Source of the DNA: Fibrobacteria bacterium
Lineage (GTDB): Bacteria > Fibrobacterota > Fibrobacteria > UBA11236 > JADFYW01
DNA: 64,000 nt
NCBI GenBank assembly: GCA_050294405.1
Contig: JBNKOC010000007.1
Coordinates: 64,001 to 128,000, forward strand
Direction: 5' to 3'
In this document: positions 31,026-39,990 of the stretch, one piece after another
How positions within the stretch are numbered: the first letter of the stretch is position 1
Layout: every line of letters begins with the position of its first letter
Made by a program: the position numbers and the translations under genes
The notes under the pieces: model-generated
Database searches by the model: none
What the model was told of the DNA's origin: nothing
What the model saw: only the letters and a program-made list of their open reading frames with translations

Positions 31026-31120
31026 TTTAAAATAAAGTAAACAATAAGAAAATTTTTAGCCCTCAATTCATTCACACTTATTGTCCATTTTAACTTACCC
31101 CTTTTTGTTAAATTTGAAAC

Positions 31121-32170
31121 ATGATAATTTATTTTTTTAGGGGTATTCTTCTTTTCCTGGTGTTTTTATCTGTATCTTGTGAAAAACCAGCTTCCGAAAA
31201 TTTACCAAAAAGCCAAGAATCCGTACATTTATTATTTGAGCCCGATTCCACCAGCCTCTTGGAATGGGTAAATGGACTTTATTTGCAATACCTAAAGGAA
31301 AAAGGAGGTCCATTTCAACAAAAGGCCGCAAATTGGAAAAACCAATGGGACAGCCTTACCCACTCAGGCGAATTTTTAAATTACAAAAAAGAGGCTCACA
31401 AACTAAAGGCCAGGGATAAAACTGAATTTTTAAAATCTTTGGTTTATGGGCTGGCAAAAATCCAGTTTGATAGCAGCAAATTGGATTTCCAAAAGGCTTT
31501 TCCCCAGGAGGTTTGGGCGCAGCAAAAGGGAAATTGCATGGGAACTTCCATGTTGCTTTTGGCATTAAGCCAAGAGCTAAATATACCGCTTTATGGAGTG
31601 CTTTTACCTGGACACTTTTTTTTGCGCTATCAGGACAGTATTAGCAAAATAAACTTAGAACCCAATCGAAATGGGTACAGTTATACAAATGAAGAATATA
31701 TTCAAAAATATTTGCTTCACCCTAAAAGCCCTTATAAACTAGATAATCTAAAACCCAGCCAACTTGCTGGAGTTTACTTATACAACCTGGGAAGCATTTA
31801 TTTTGATAAAAATAAAATGGAGCTGGCTAAAAAATACCTGGAAGCTGCTCTGAAAATGTATCCCCATTACCCCGAAGCCCTGGGAAATTTGGGTCTGGTA
31901 TATATTGCGCTCAACCAATGGGAAAAAGCCGGTGAAAGCCTGGAAAAAGCCTATCTTTTAGACCCCTATTCCAGGGATGTATACCACAATTTATCAGGAT
32001 ATTATCTCAGGACAAAAGCCTGGGATAAAGCCCAACATTTGATTCATAAAGGTCTTGGTATTTTCCCTAAAGATCCTCAATTACTGTATAACCTTGGCCT
32101 TATATACAACAAAAAAGGCATCAAAGATAGCGCCCGGATTTACCTGAAAGAATCCGGAATAAATCTATAA
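31121..32170 (+). CDS. Putative lipoprotein, SirB1/transglutaminase-like core plus TPR repeats
   Basis: Lipobox-like LSVSC; GNCMGTSMLL...IPLYGVLLPGHFFLRY; C-terminal TPR repeats (YNLG..Y...A, GNLGLVY). Confidence 0.75.
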   Translation: MIIYFFRGILLFLVFLSVSCEKPASENLPKSQESVHLLFEPDSTSLLEWVNGLYLQYLKEKGGPFQQKAANWKNQWDSLTHSGEFLNYKKEAHKLKARDKTEFLKSLVYGLAKIQFDSSKLDFQKAFPQEVWAQQKGNCMGTSMLLLALSQELNIPLYGVLLPGHFFLRYQDSISKINLEPNRNGYSYTNEEYIQKYLLHPKSPYKLDNLKPSQLAGVYLYNLGSIYFDKNKMELAKKYLEAALKMYPHYPEALGNLGLVYIALNQWEKAGESLEKAYLLDPYSRDVYHNLSGYYLRTKAWDKAQHLIHKGLGIFPKDPQLLYNLGLIYNKKGIKDSARIYLKESGINL

Positions 32171-33103
32171 TCCTCTGTTTTTCAAATCCAATTCTAAAAG
32201 GGATTTTTCAAAACTTCGAGGGTTATATCCCAATTCTTTTTTAGCCAGAGAATTGTCTAAATCGGCGTCCTGAATTAGTCCCGAAAGGGTTTGCCAGTTA
32301 ATGTTAGTATTGAATTTAACAACGGGTTGCATGGCTTCAATTATTCGTACCAGCAGTTTAGCAGCCCAGACAGGAACCGGAATTATTTTTTTCGAGAGGC
32401 CTAATTCTTTCAGAAATATTTGAGCCAACTGCTTAAGGGAATAACTTTCGCCGCCGCTAAAATTGTAAACCTTGCCATAACAAATGGGATTAGCCGGAAC
32501 GTTTACCAGGCCAACGAGTATATCGTCAATATGGACGGGCGATTTTTTAGCCACGCCCCCAGCAGGTAAAAATAATAGGCTTGCCTGCTTAACATAATTA
32601 AAAAAGCGGTTAAACTCCTCTGCGCCGGTTTTATTATAAGCCAAAGTAGGCCGAATTATGGTGTAGTTGCCGCTCCAGTTTTTTACGGCTTGCTCTGCCA
32701 TTTGCTTGGAGCGCGAATAGGCATTGCTAAGGGAGTATGTTACCGAGGCAGAGGATATAAAGATAAAATGCTGCACCCCGGCTTTTTCACTGGCCTCAAG
32801 CATATTTACCGTACCCTGGTAGTTCACCTCTTGGTAAATTTTGGGATTAAAGGCCGACAAGAGCACCGCAGCCATATGGATAACACAGTTCACCCCCTCC
32901 AAAGCGTTGTTTAAAGAATTGGGATGGGTAACATCTCCTTTAAAAATTTGCGCGCCTGAATTTTGAATTCGGCCAAGTTCCGGGTCCAATTCCATTACCA
33001 ATAGGCGAACCCTTGCCCCGCTTGTTTGCAAAAGTTTAAAAAGCCGAAGCCCCATTGCACCCGTGCCACCGGTAATCAGAATTTGTTGATTATGGAGGTC
33101 CAT
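32165..33103 (-). CDS. NAD-dependent epimerase/dehydratase (atypical SDR)
   Basis: ITGGTGAMG, GDVT, VIHMAA, YSRSK, TIIRPT, PVHIDD; start overlaps the GT2 stop. Confidence 0.85.
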   Translation of the reverse strand: MDLHNQQILITGGTGAMGLRLFKLLQTSGARVRLLVMELDPELGRIQNSGAQIFKGDVTHPNSLNNALEGVNCVIHMAAVLLSAFNPKIYQEVNYQGTVNMLEASEKAGVQHFIFISSASVTYSLSNAYSRSKQMAEQAVKNWSGNYTIIRPTLAYNKTGAEEFNRFFNYVKQASLLFLPAGGVAKKSPVHIDDILVGLVNVPANPICYGKVYNFSGGESYSLKQLAQIFLKELGLSKKIIPVPVWAAKLLVRIIEAMQPVVKFNTNINWQTLSGLIQDADLDNSLAKKELGYNPRSFEKSLLELDLKNRGL

Positions 33104-33842
33104 ACTTCAGGTATTTGTTCCCAAAAAATACATAACCCCAAAGAACTTTGAGCACCCGAATTCCATAGCCAATAGGGCTTAAATGGGATTCTTCGTCAGC
33201 ATAGCGAGTGGGAATTCCAATTTCTCCGATGGAAAGTCCATTTTTGCGCGCGGCTGCTATCATTTCTAAATCAAAATCAAAACTATGGCTAAGTGATTTA
33301 AAAGGAATAACTTGAAGAGTTTTTTTACTGTAACACAAAAAGCCACTGTGATAATCGCTAAGAGAAAGTTTAAACACCCAATTTTCCAACAAGCAAAGAA
33401 TTTTGCCAGCCACATATTTATAGAGAGGCATCCCGCCTTGAAGAGCCATTTTGCCTTTCATTCTCGAACCCTGGACAATATCCAGCTTGTGTTCCTCTGC
33501 AAAATCCACCATTTCCAGAATATACTCCGGCGGATACTGGCCATCTGCGTGGAGGCATACAATATAATCACCCTCTCCATCCAAGGCACTTTTTAAGCCA
33601 ATTTTAACGGTTTCCCCATAACCCAGATTTTTTGGGTTCTCCAAACACTGTAGCTTCGGGTATTTATTTTCCAAGCTTGAAATAACCTTGGCCGTATCGT
33701 CGCTGCTGCCGTCGTTAATAACCACAAGCTGGGAAACCCTTTGCCAGCAGGCCTCATCCATCCTATCCAACACTTTTTCCAGATGATTCTGAGCATTGTA
33801 GGCGGGTATAAAAATATGAATTTTAGGCTTATGGTTTAACAT
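33090..33842 (-). CDS. GT2 glycosyltransferase, DPM1/ArnC-like polyprenyl-phosphate glycosyltransferase
   Basis: IPAYN, VINDGSSD.T, N.GYG, HADGQY.P, VQGSR, DYHSGF, F.FDLEM, EIGIPTRY. Confidence 0.88.
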   Translation of the reverse strand: MLNHKPKIHIFIPAYNAQNHLEKVLDRMDEACWQRVSQLVVINDGSSDDTAKVISSLENKYPKLQCLENPKNLGYGETVKIGLKSALDGEGDYIVCLHADGQYPPEYILEMVDFAEEHKLDIVQGSRMKGKMALQGGMPLYKYVAGKILCLLENWVFKLSLSDYHSGFLCYSKKTLQVIPFKSLSHSFDFDLEMIAAARKNGLSIGEIGIPTRYADEESHLSPIGYGIRVLKVLWGYVFFGNKYLKYGPP

Positions 33843-34026
33843 GGACCAGTTTCAATTTAAGTAAAATTTTTTAGAATTTCCTTTTCCACAATATCCTTAA
33901 TTAATGCCCAAAATGCGGGATATCCTCTTGCGCAAAATCGATTCAGGACTAAATTAAAAGGTACGGGGAATTGAGGGATTCCGATATTTTACATTGTAAC
34001 ACATAGAATTTACCCTGGGTCTGAAG

Positions 34027-35277
34027 TTGAAAAATAAACACAGCATTGCATTGGCTTTAATCATAGCCGGAGCCCTGTTTACCGGGCATTATCTCAGCAA
34101 ACCTAAAACAGAAGGTTACCCCCTTCTTCCCATGACTCCTTGGTCTGCCATTGGCGGCTGTGGAGTTGGTGGGGCCGGTGATAAAGGTGGGGCTGCATTG
34201 GAATGGGTAGGTCAAGGTGTGTCCGGCGGTTATATCGACTTTGAGGCAATGCCTTCTCTGGGGGTAAATTCAAATGAAACATATGGCGGAATGGTTGAAA
34301 CCAAATCTTTTACTCTGCCCCTTAATTTTTATGCGAAATGGAACTCCTTAAATTTAGGATTGCAGATGCCCCTTAAATCCGTCACCTTTGAGGAAGGCAA
34401 TTACACCACTGCTGGCTTTGGAGACATCAGCCTTTTGTTGGGAAGCAACCTCGGAGCATACAACCAATACAACCTGCAATTTAGCCTGGGGCTTCCCACG
34501 GGCAGATACGATATACATGACAAGGTCCATCACATTATGGATAACTCTGGACAATTGGGGTCCGGGGTTTTTATGGGAAACCTCCAATTGACCCGGACTT
34601 TTGACCGAGACTGGGGTATTTTTATGCTAGGTGTAAATTATTCTGCCGGACTTATGTACTTAAAAGCTGTGGACTGGACATACGATTCAACTTTGGTTCG
34701 GGTTGTGGCCTCAAAGAGAGAGTTGGCTTCGGCCCGAACAAATACATTTGGCTGGCAAAACGATGTGCTCACAGAAAATTCGGATAACTTTGGCTTTAAG
34801 GCCATAATGGGCATTAAAAGCGACCGAATATTTCATTCCTTTCATTTAACAGGTTCCATTCCCTTACAGGGAACCAACAAATACGCCAGCAACATATCCT
34901 ATTCCAGAATCGATTCCTTTCTGGTTTTTCAAAATTCGCCGGGCCCCAATGTATGGAGCGAGGCAGAAGCCCGTACTTTTTTGGACACTGCAACTACGCA
35001 AAACAGCAACGGGGACAGAGTGCCAAAATATCAGAATGTCCAGTTCGCCAATGCTGAGGCAACCAGCAGCGGTGAAATCAGATATTGGTTCGCCGACAGA
35101 CAATTAACATCCTATAAAGTTTGGCCATCCATAACATTAGGTTACGGCCAGGAAATTTTTAACGACGGCTTTCCTGTTTTTTGGGGAGTCAGCCTGCCTT
35201 TTGAGTTTGACAAAGAAACAGGATACGGTTTTACCGGATTTGCCGTGCAAGTTGGTATCAAATCGGTGGTTTATTAG
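34027..35277 (+). CDS. Hypothetical exported, probable outer-membrane beta-barrel protein
   Basis: N-terminal hydrophobic segment; alternating beta-strand pattern; GFGDISL...LGLPTG.Y and QLGSG motifs; aromatic C-terminal residue. Confidence 0.5.
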   Translation: MKNKHSIALALIIAGALFTGHYLSKPKTEGYPLLPMTPWSAIGGCGVGGAGDKGGAALEWVGQGVSGGYIDFEAMPSLGVNSNETYGGMVETKSFTLPLNFYAKWNSLNLGLQMPLKSVTFEEGNYTTAGFGDISLLLGSNLGAYNQYNLQFSLGLPTGRYDIHDKVHHIMDNSGQLGSGVFMGNLQLTRTFDRDWGIFMLGVNYSAGLMYLKAVDWTYDSTLVRVVASKRELASARTNTFGWQNDVLTENSDNFGFKAIMGIKSDRIFHSFHLTGSIPLQGTNKYASNISYSRIDSFLVFQNSPGPNVWSEAEARTFLDTATTQNSNGDRVPKYQNVQFANAEATSSGEIRYWFADRQLTSYKVWPSITLGYGQEIFNDGFPVFWGVSLPFEFDKETGYGFTGFAVQVGIKSVVY

Positions 35278-35310
35278 TTCCAGCGGGCTTTTTTTTCGGG
35301 GGAGGAAAAA

Positions 35311-36375
35311 ATGAAATTTATATACGCAAGTTTATTCGCAGCGCTCATGTATCTGAATGCTTCGGCTATTTTATTGGATGGCGTTGAAGTACCTAAAGAT
35401 AAATTTATTGTATATGTTCTTATCGGCCATTCCAATATGGGTGGCAGCACGGCGGCCTATGCGGATGAAGTGACCCATCCCCGCGCCTGGAACTTTCGCT
35501 GGTTTGATGAAAACAACTGGGTTTTAGCTAAAGAAACAGGGCCAGGCCTTTCTGGTGGCCTATCCGGACGCACTAACGGCGGTCTGGGAATGTGGTTTTT
35601 AAAAATGATGGTGGAAGAATATCCCGATTACTATTTCGGGGTTATTGTGACAGCCTCTCTTTCCAGCACCTGCAAAGCAGTAAACACAGGCAACAACACC
35701 TCCCAATTTACCCGCGAAGAAAACCGTTGGACCCGAGGAACCCCCCTTTACGAAGAAACCATTACGGCGGTTAATCGCGTTAAAGCAGAAGCTACTTTTG
35801 GAGGACTTATGTGCATGTTAGGCGCCGTGGAGGGCACTCGGGTTCCCGCTGATGAGCAACAGAGATTTTCCGATGATATTGCCGAAATGGTAGCTACCAT
35901 GAGAGAGGATATGGGCATTGAAAAACTGCCTTTCTTTATGGGGCAGTACGAAGAAGACGCCTACGGAAGCTTTTCCATTGAACTTCCGGGCCCCAAAATT
36001 GTTTACGACCAATCTAATTTGGTTCCCTCTAAAGTTGAGAACTCTGTTTTAGTTCTATCTGGCGGGGTGGAAATGCTGGACGATCACCATTTCAGACCTT
36101 CTACAGATGGATACGGAGAGTGGGCCCGCCGCGCTTTGGCCCATATGAAGGAACAAAATTGGGAACCCCCTCAATTGCAGGGCTATTACGACGGTACTTC
36201 TACTATTCAATTTGGAGAGCAAAAGCCGCAAAACTTTCAGCTAAATAATACGGGCAACCAAAAGCTTTACAGCATTTCAGGGCAACTTAAAGTCTCTAAT
36301 ACCGAGCTTGGAAAAAACGCCAACCTACCAACCGGGATATATGTGGGTTCCGGCAAAAAAGATCTTCAAAAATAA
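35311..36375 (+). CDS. SASA/CE6-like SGNH acetylesterase, secreted
   Basis: Signal peptide; block I IGHSNMGG; DxxH (DDHH); C-terminal LYSISGQ...LPTGIY tail. Confidence 0.72.
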   Translation: MKFIYASLFAALMYLNASAILLDGVEVPKDKFIVYVLIGHSNMGGSTAAYADEVTHPRAWNFRWFDENNWVLAKETGPGLSGGLSGRTNGGLGMWFLKMMVEEYPDYYFGVIVTASLSSTCKAVNTGNNTSQFTREENRWTRGTPLYEETITAVNRVKAEATFGGLMCMLGAVEGTRVPADEQQRFSDDIAEMVATMREDMGIEKLPFFMGQYEEDAYGSFSIELPGPKIVYDQSNLVPSKVENSVLVLSGGVEMLDDHHFRPSTDGYGEWARRALAHMKEQNWEPPQLQGYYDGTSTIQFGEQKPQNFQLNNTGNQKLYSISGQLKVSNTELGKNANLPTGIYVGSGKKDLQK

Positions 36376-36428
36376 TTTTTGATGTTGCAGGCTCGCGTAC
36401 CCGCAACAAGCTTTATTGAAGGCTGTTA

Positions 36429-37370
36429 TTACTTGCTGGGAAAAAATATTTCAGTAACCAAATCTTTTTCTTCCACTTCTTTAGGATCACTTACATAGAC
36501 CTCGTAGGAAGGTACAGATTTTTTCTGTTTGATTTTCGCCCAACGCAAATAATTCATTCCGGTAGACCAGCCATTACCTAAATGCTTGTAAGCGCCTTTG
36601 TGAATAATTTTTAGGGCCTTATGTTCTGGAATATCACCTGTGACAACGGTGGAATCCGGAGCTTCTTTGGGGGCTGAATAACCCAATGCCGTGACGTAGT
36701 GGCATATGTTATTGGCCATATCAAACTTTTTATAAATAGAGAGAACTTTTTCTGGCTTGTCCAGTTTGCCTTCACCTACCATCACACCAAGGGCGGCTAA
36801 ATCTTCCCGCATGGCTGGACCAATATCGGCCAGGGTACTTTGTCTTTCTTTGCCCACATAGTAAAAGCCTTTTTGCTCTACTCCGGTATCCACGCTGAAA
36901 GAACTTAAAATTTCACCTTTTTCAATGAAGTCTTTAAGCATGTTAAGACCCCGAACATAATCATTGCCTACCCAGGCATTCATCATTTTTTTCATCCAGA
37001 ATAAAAAGACGGGCAATGTTCCCTGCATATCCCAGGTCAATTCAGTGTGGGCTCCGCTGGGGCTAAAAATAAAACTTACCTTGCTATAACTTTTCCAGGG
37101 TTTTAAGAAATGCAAATCATAGTGGATAGCCTTGTTTTCTTCTAGCGATTTAATTTCCATACTGCCAGCCCCAATTTTATCTCCAGCCCATTCCTGAAAG
37201 TGGCCAGGTTTTCCAGCTTCATTTTTGACCTCTACAGGGCAATTGGGTTCCATGTAAAGCCAGGGGGACCAACTTGGCCAAGTTTTAAAATCGGAAACAA
37301 CTTTAAAAACTTCCTCAATTGGTTTTTCGATAATAATGGAACGCGACAAATTAAAAGGAATTTTAAACAT
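36429..37370 (-). CDS. SRPBCC domain + GyrI-like small-molecule-binding domain protein
   Basis: SRSIII..P.EEVF..V.DF..W..WSPW; C-terminal H.G.Y..L...W and YEVY..DP...L.TEI. Confidence 0.85.
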   Translation of the reverse strand: MFKIPFNLSRSIIIEKPIEEVFKVVSDFKTWPSWSPWLYMEPNCPVEVKNEAGKPGHFQEWAGDKIGAGSMEIKSLEENKAIHYDLHFLKPWKSYSKVSFIFSPSGAHTELTWDMQGTLPVFLFWMKKMMNAWVGNDYVRGLNMLKDFIEKGEILSSFSVDTGVEQKGFYYVGKERQSTLADIGPAMREDLAALGVMVGEGKLDKPEKVLSIYKKFDMANNICHYVTALGYSAPKEAPDSTVVTGDIPEHKALKIIHKGAYKHLGNGWSTGMNYLRWAKIKQKKSVPSYEVYVSDPKEVEEKDLVTEIFFPSK

Positions 37371-37455
37371 GATTCGAGCCTCCCGATTGTTATTTAGGGG
37401 AAAATTAGAAACTGACGAAGCAGAAATTGAAAAAAAAAATTATTTTTAGTTTGAA

Positions 37456-37830
37456 ATGAAAAAGAAAAAAAACCAAGCGATTCCTAAACTATTGAGTTTT
37501 GCGCTTATTTTTACCATTGCCATTCTTTTTCCGGCCCTTTCCATCCACCATTCCTGGGAACATCTCGAAGTTAAACATCATGATATTGAAAAAACGGGCC
37601 AGTTTCACCACTATTCCACGATAAGTTTCACAAAATCACACCATCATATTTTTGATCCTGATTGCGAATGGTGCACATTACATTGCAGTCAAAAAATCAT
37701 TGGCCCGTCAAGCAAAGCTTCAAAATTTTATTTCAAAAAGCCATCAAACAAATCATCCAATAATTCCAATATGGTAATTATTGAGCATGTTTTTAAAAAC
37801 CAGATTCCCAGAGCTCCTCCCCTGGCTTAA
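37456..37830 (+). CDS. His-rich DUF2946-like leader protein with CxxC and C-terminal RAPP arrest motif
   Basis: Signal-like N-terminus; many His pairs and triples; DCEWC; ends IPRAPPLA; directly upstream of a metal uptake unit. Confidence 0.75.
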   Translation: MKKKKNQAIPKLLSFALIFTIAILFPALSIHHSWEHLEVKHHDIEKTGQFHHYSTISFTKSHHHIFDPDCEWCTLHCSQKIIGPSSKASKFYFKKPSNKSSNNSNMVIIEHVFKNQIPRAPPLA

Positions 37831-37914
37831 GCCACCCCACTTCAGTCAAATCTTAATTGCACAGCTTACCTTATAGGGTAAAGCTCGGTTTAAACCATAA
37901 ACATTGGAGTTTTT

Positions 37915-39090
37915 ATGCATAAATGGCTTTATGCTTTGCTGCTCATAAATATTGTTGCGGCGAATAATAGCAAACTTTTAAACCCGGATATTTCTGCCTC
38001 GGTTTTAATGTCGGCAGCCTGGTTTTCAGAACATGAAAGTTACTCACTGGGAGGGCATGATCCATCCAGCCTTGGGTTTAATTTTCAAAACCTGGAATTA
38101 GTCCTCTCTGAAAATGTGGACCCCTGGTTTTTTGCGCAAATAAACGCAATTGCCTTAATAAAAAATGGGGAAAGTATTTTTGAGCTGGAAGAGGCCTTTG
38201 CCCAATCCACCAGCTTGCCCTTGTTTTTAACTTTAAAATTGGGGCAGTTTTATACCAATACAGGGCGATTTAATTCCCTTCATCCCCATGCCTGGGATTT
38301 TGCCGACCAATCTTTTATTCATACTTACATATTCGGCTCTGATGGCCTCCGGGGCCCAGGCGCACAACTTTCCTGGCTCATTCCTCTGCCGTTTTACTGG
38401 AATGTTAGCCTAAGTTCGCAACAAGCCGAAGGGCAAACAGCTCACTCCTTTTTAGCCAGCGAACACGCACATGGAGAACATGAGGAGTCTGATGAAACCC
38501 AGATGGAAAATGATGTTGCTGAGGGCATCGGAGGTTTTCCACTAATTGAAAGACATACCGAAAAGCTAACAGATTTTGTGTTGCATGCCCGCAGTGAACT
38601 ATCCCATGACTTTAATTCCAGCACCAGTTTTTTATTTGGAGCAGATTATCTTAATGGACCTAATAATCAGGGAACTGAGAACCGAACCAAAATATATTCC
38701 GGAGATTTTTTTATTAAATGGAAATCCCAAAGGGCAAGATTAGGCTTTCCCTTTTTTAAAATTCAATGGGAAGCTCTTTTCCGGGATTTTGAAGCCGGAC
38801 CAAACAGGCTAAACATATATGATTATGGCTTAATCTCTCAACTGGTTTGGGGGTTTAAAGAGCGCTGGGCTCTGGGGCTTCGGGCAGAATATGGGGACTC
38901 TGAAAATGGAGAACGGTATTTTGAAAGAATGCAACGAGAACGCTATAGTTGGAATGTTAGTTTCTTTCCCAGTGAATATTCAAAAATAAGATTGCAACAC
39001 AATTGGGACACAGGGGAAATAGAAACACTCCACAGCATTTACCTTCAATTTGAATTTAACATTGGGCCCCACGGCGCTCACAATTTTTAA
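37915..39090 (+). CDS. Outer-membrane beta-barrel associated with Zn/Mn/Co/Ni uptake
   Basis: LNPDIS, ELEEAF, GRFN.LHPH.W.F.D, His/acid-rich loop EHAHGEHEE, C-terminal GPHGAHNF. Confidence 0.72.
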   Translation: MHKWLYALLLINIVAANNSKLLNPDISASVLMSAAWFSEHESYSLGGHDPSSLGFNFQNLELVLSENVDPWFFAQINAIALIKNGESIFELEEAFAQSTSLPLFLTLKLGQFYTNTGRFNSLHPHAWDFADQSFIHTYIFGSDGLRGPGAQLSWLIPLPFYWNVSLSSQQAEGQTAHSFLASEHAHGEHEESDETQMENDVAEGIGGFPLIERHTEKLTDFVLHARSELSHDFNSSTSFLFGADYLNGPNNQGTENRTKIYSGDFFIKWKSQRARLGFPFFKIQWEALFRDFEAGPNRLNIYDYGLISQLVWGFKERWALGLRAEYGDSENGERYFERMQRERYSWNVSFFPSEYSKIRLQHNWDTGEIETLHSIYLQFEFNIGPHGAHNF

Positions 39091-39102
39091 GGGGGTATAA
39101 AT

Positions 39103-39987
39103 ATGAAAAAATTTATCGCCAATCTGATAATCATAATGGCGGGAATGCTTTACGCATCCCCCATAAAAATAATCACCACCACTTCGGATTTTGCCGCCTT
39201 AGCCCGGGAAATAGGCGGCTCTCATGTTGTGGTTGAAAACCTGGTCCCTCCTAAAAGCGATCCCCATTTTATGGACCCCAAACCCAGTTTTGTAGTAAAA
39301 CTAAGACAGGCAGACATATTAATGGTAGGAGGTAAGGCACTTGAAGATTCCTGGCTTTCCTCTCTCCTTAAAAAAAGCTCCAATCCAAATATTCAGCCCG
39401 GAGCCAGGGGCTATTTTGATGGGTCTATCGGTGTTTTTATTTTAGATATAGTAGAAAATCCCGATAGAAGCCACGGCGATATACATGCTTCGGGCAATCC
39501 CCATTATTTATGTTACCCGCAAAACGCCCTTAAAGTAGCCCAAAATTTTTCGGCCAAGTTAATGGAATTTAAACCTGAAGTAAAATCTGAATTCACCGCC
39601 AATTATGAGGCTTTCGCCAAACTCATAAACCCATTATTAAATGAGGTTAGTATCACCCCGGGAGCCAAAATTGTGAGCTTCCATAAAAGCTACGAATATC
39701 TGGCTAAATGTATTGGAGCAGAAATTGTCGGATACATGGAGCCAAAACCCGGAATACCTCCTAACCCTAAACACCTGGCTTCGCTTATTAAGACTATAGA
39801 AGATGCAAAGGCCAGCGCCATATTTATTGAGCCTTACCAAAGAGAAAAATTTGCCAAATTTTTAAAATCAAAAACAGGCGTTCCCTATTACATTGAAGGG
39901 CTGTACCCCGAATCCAACGCCGCAAAGTATAGTACCTTCCTCACTCAATTAATTAAACGTTTCACTGAAAGGTCAAAAGGAAAATAA
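39103..39987 (+). CDS. Metal ABC transporter substrate-binding protein (TroA/ZnuA cluster)
   Basis: DPHF, LE..W, GDIHASGNPHY, FHKS..Y, EPKPGIPP...HL. Confidence 0.9.
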   Translation: MKKFIANLIIIMAGMLYASPIKIITTTSDFAALAREIGGSHVVVENLVPPKSDPHFMDPKPSFVVKLRQADILMVGGKALEDSWLSSLLKKSSNPNIQPGARGYFDGSIGVFILDIVENPDRSHGDIHASGNPHYLCYPQNALKVAQNFSAKLMEFKPEVKSEFTANYEAFAKLINPLLNEVSITPGAKIVSFHKSYEYLAKCIGAEIVGYMEPKPGIPPNPKHLASLIKTIEDAKASAIFIEPYQREKFAKFLKSKTGVPYYIEGLYPESNAAKYSTFLTQLIKRFTERSKGK

Positions 39988-39990
39988 ACT

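Noticed and set aside
29892..33842. arn (L-Ara4N lipid A modification) operon
   Set aside because: No formyltransferase domain, ArnB aminotransferase or ArnD; the SDR carries UAXS-type rather than ArnA-type motifs.
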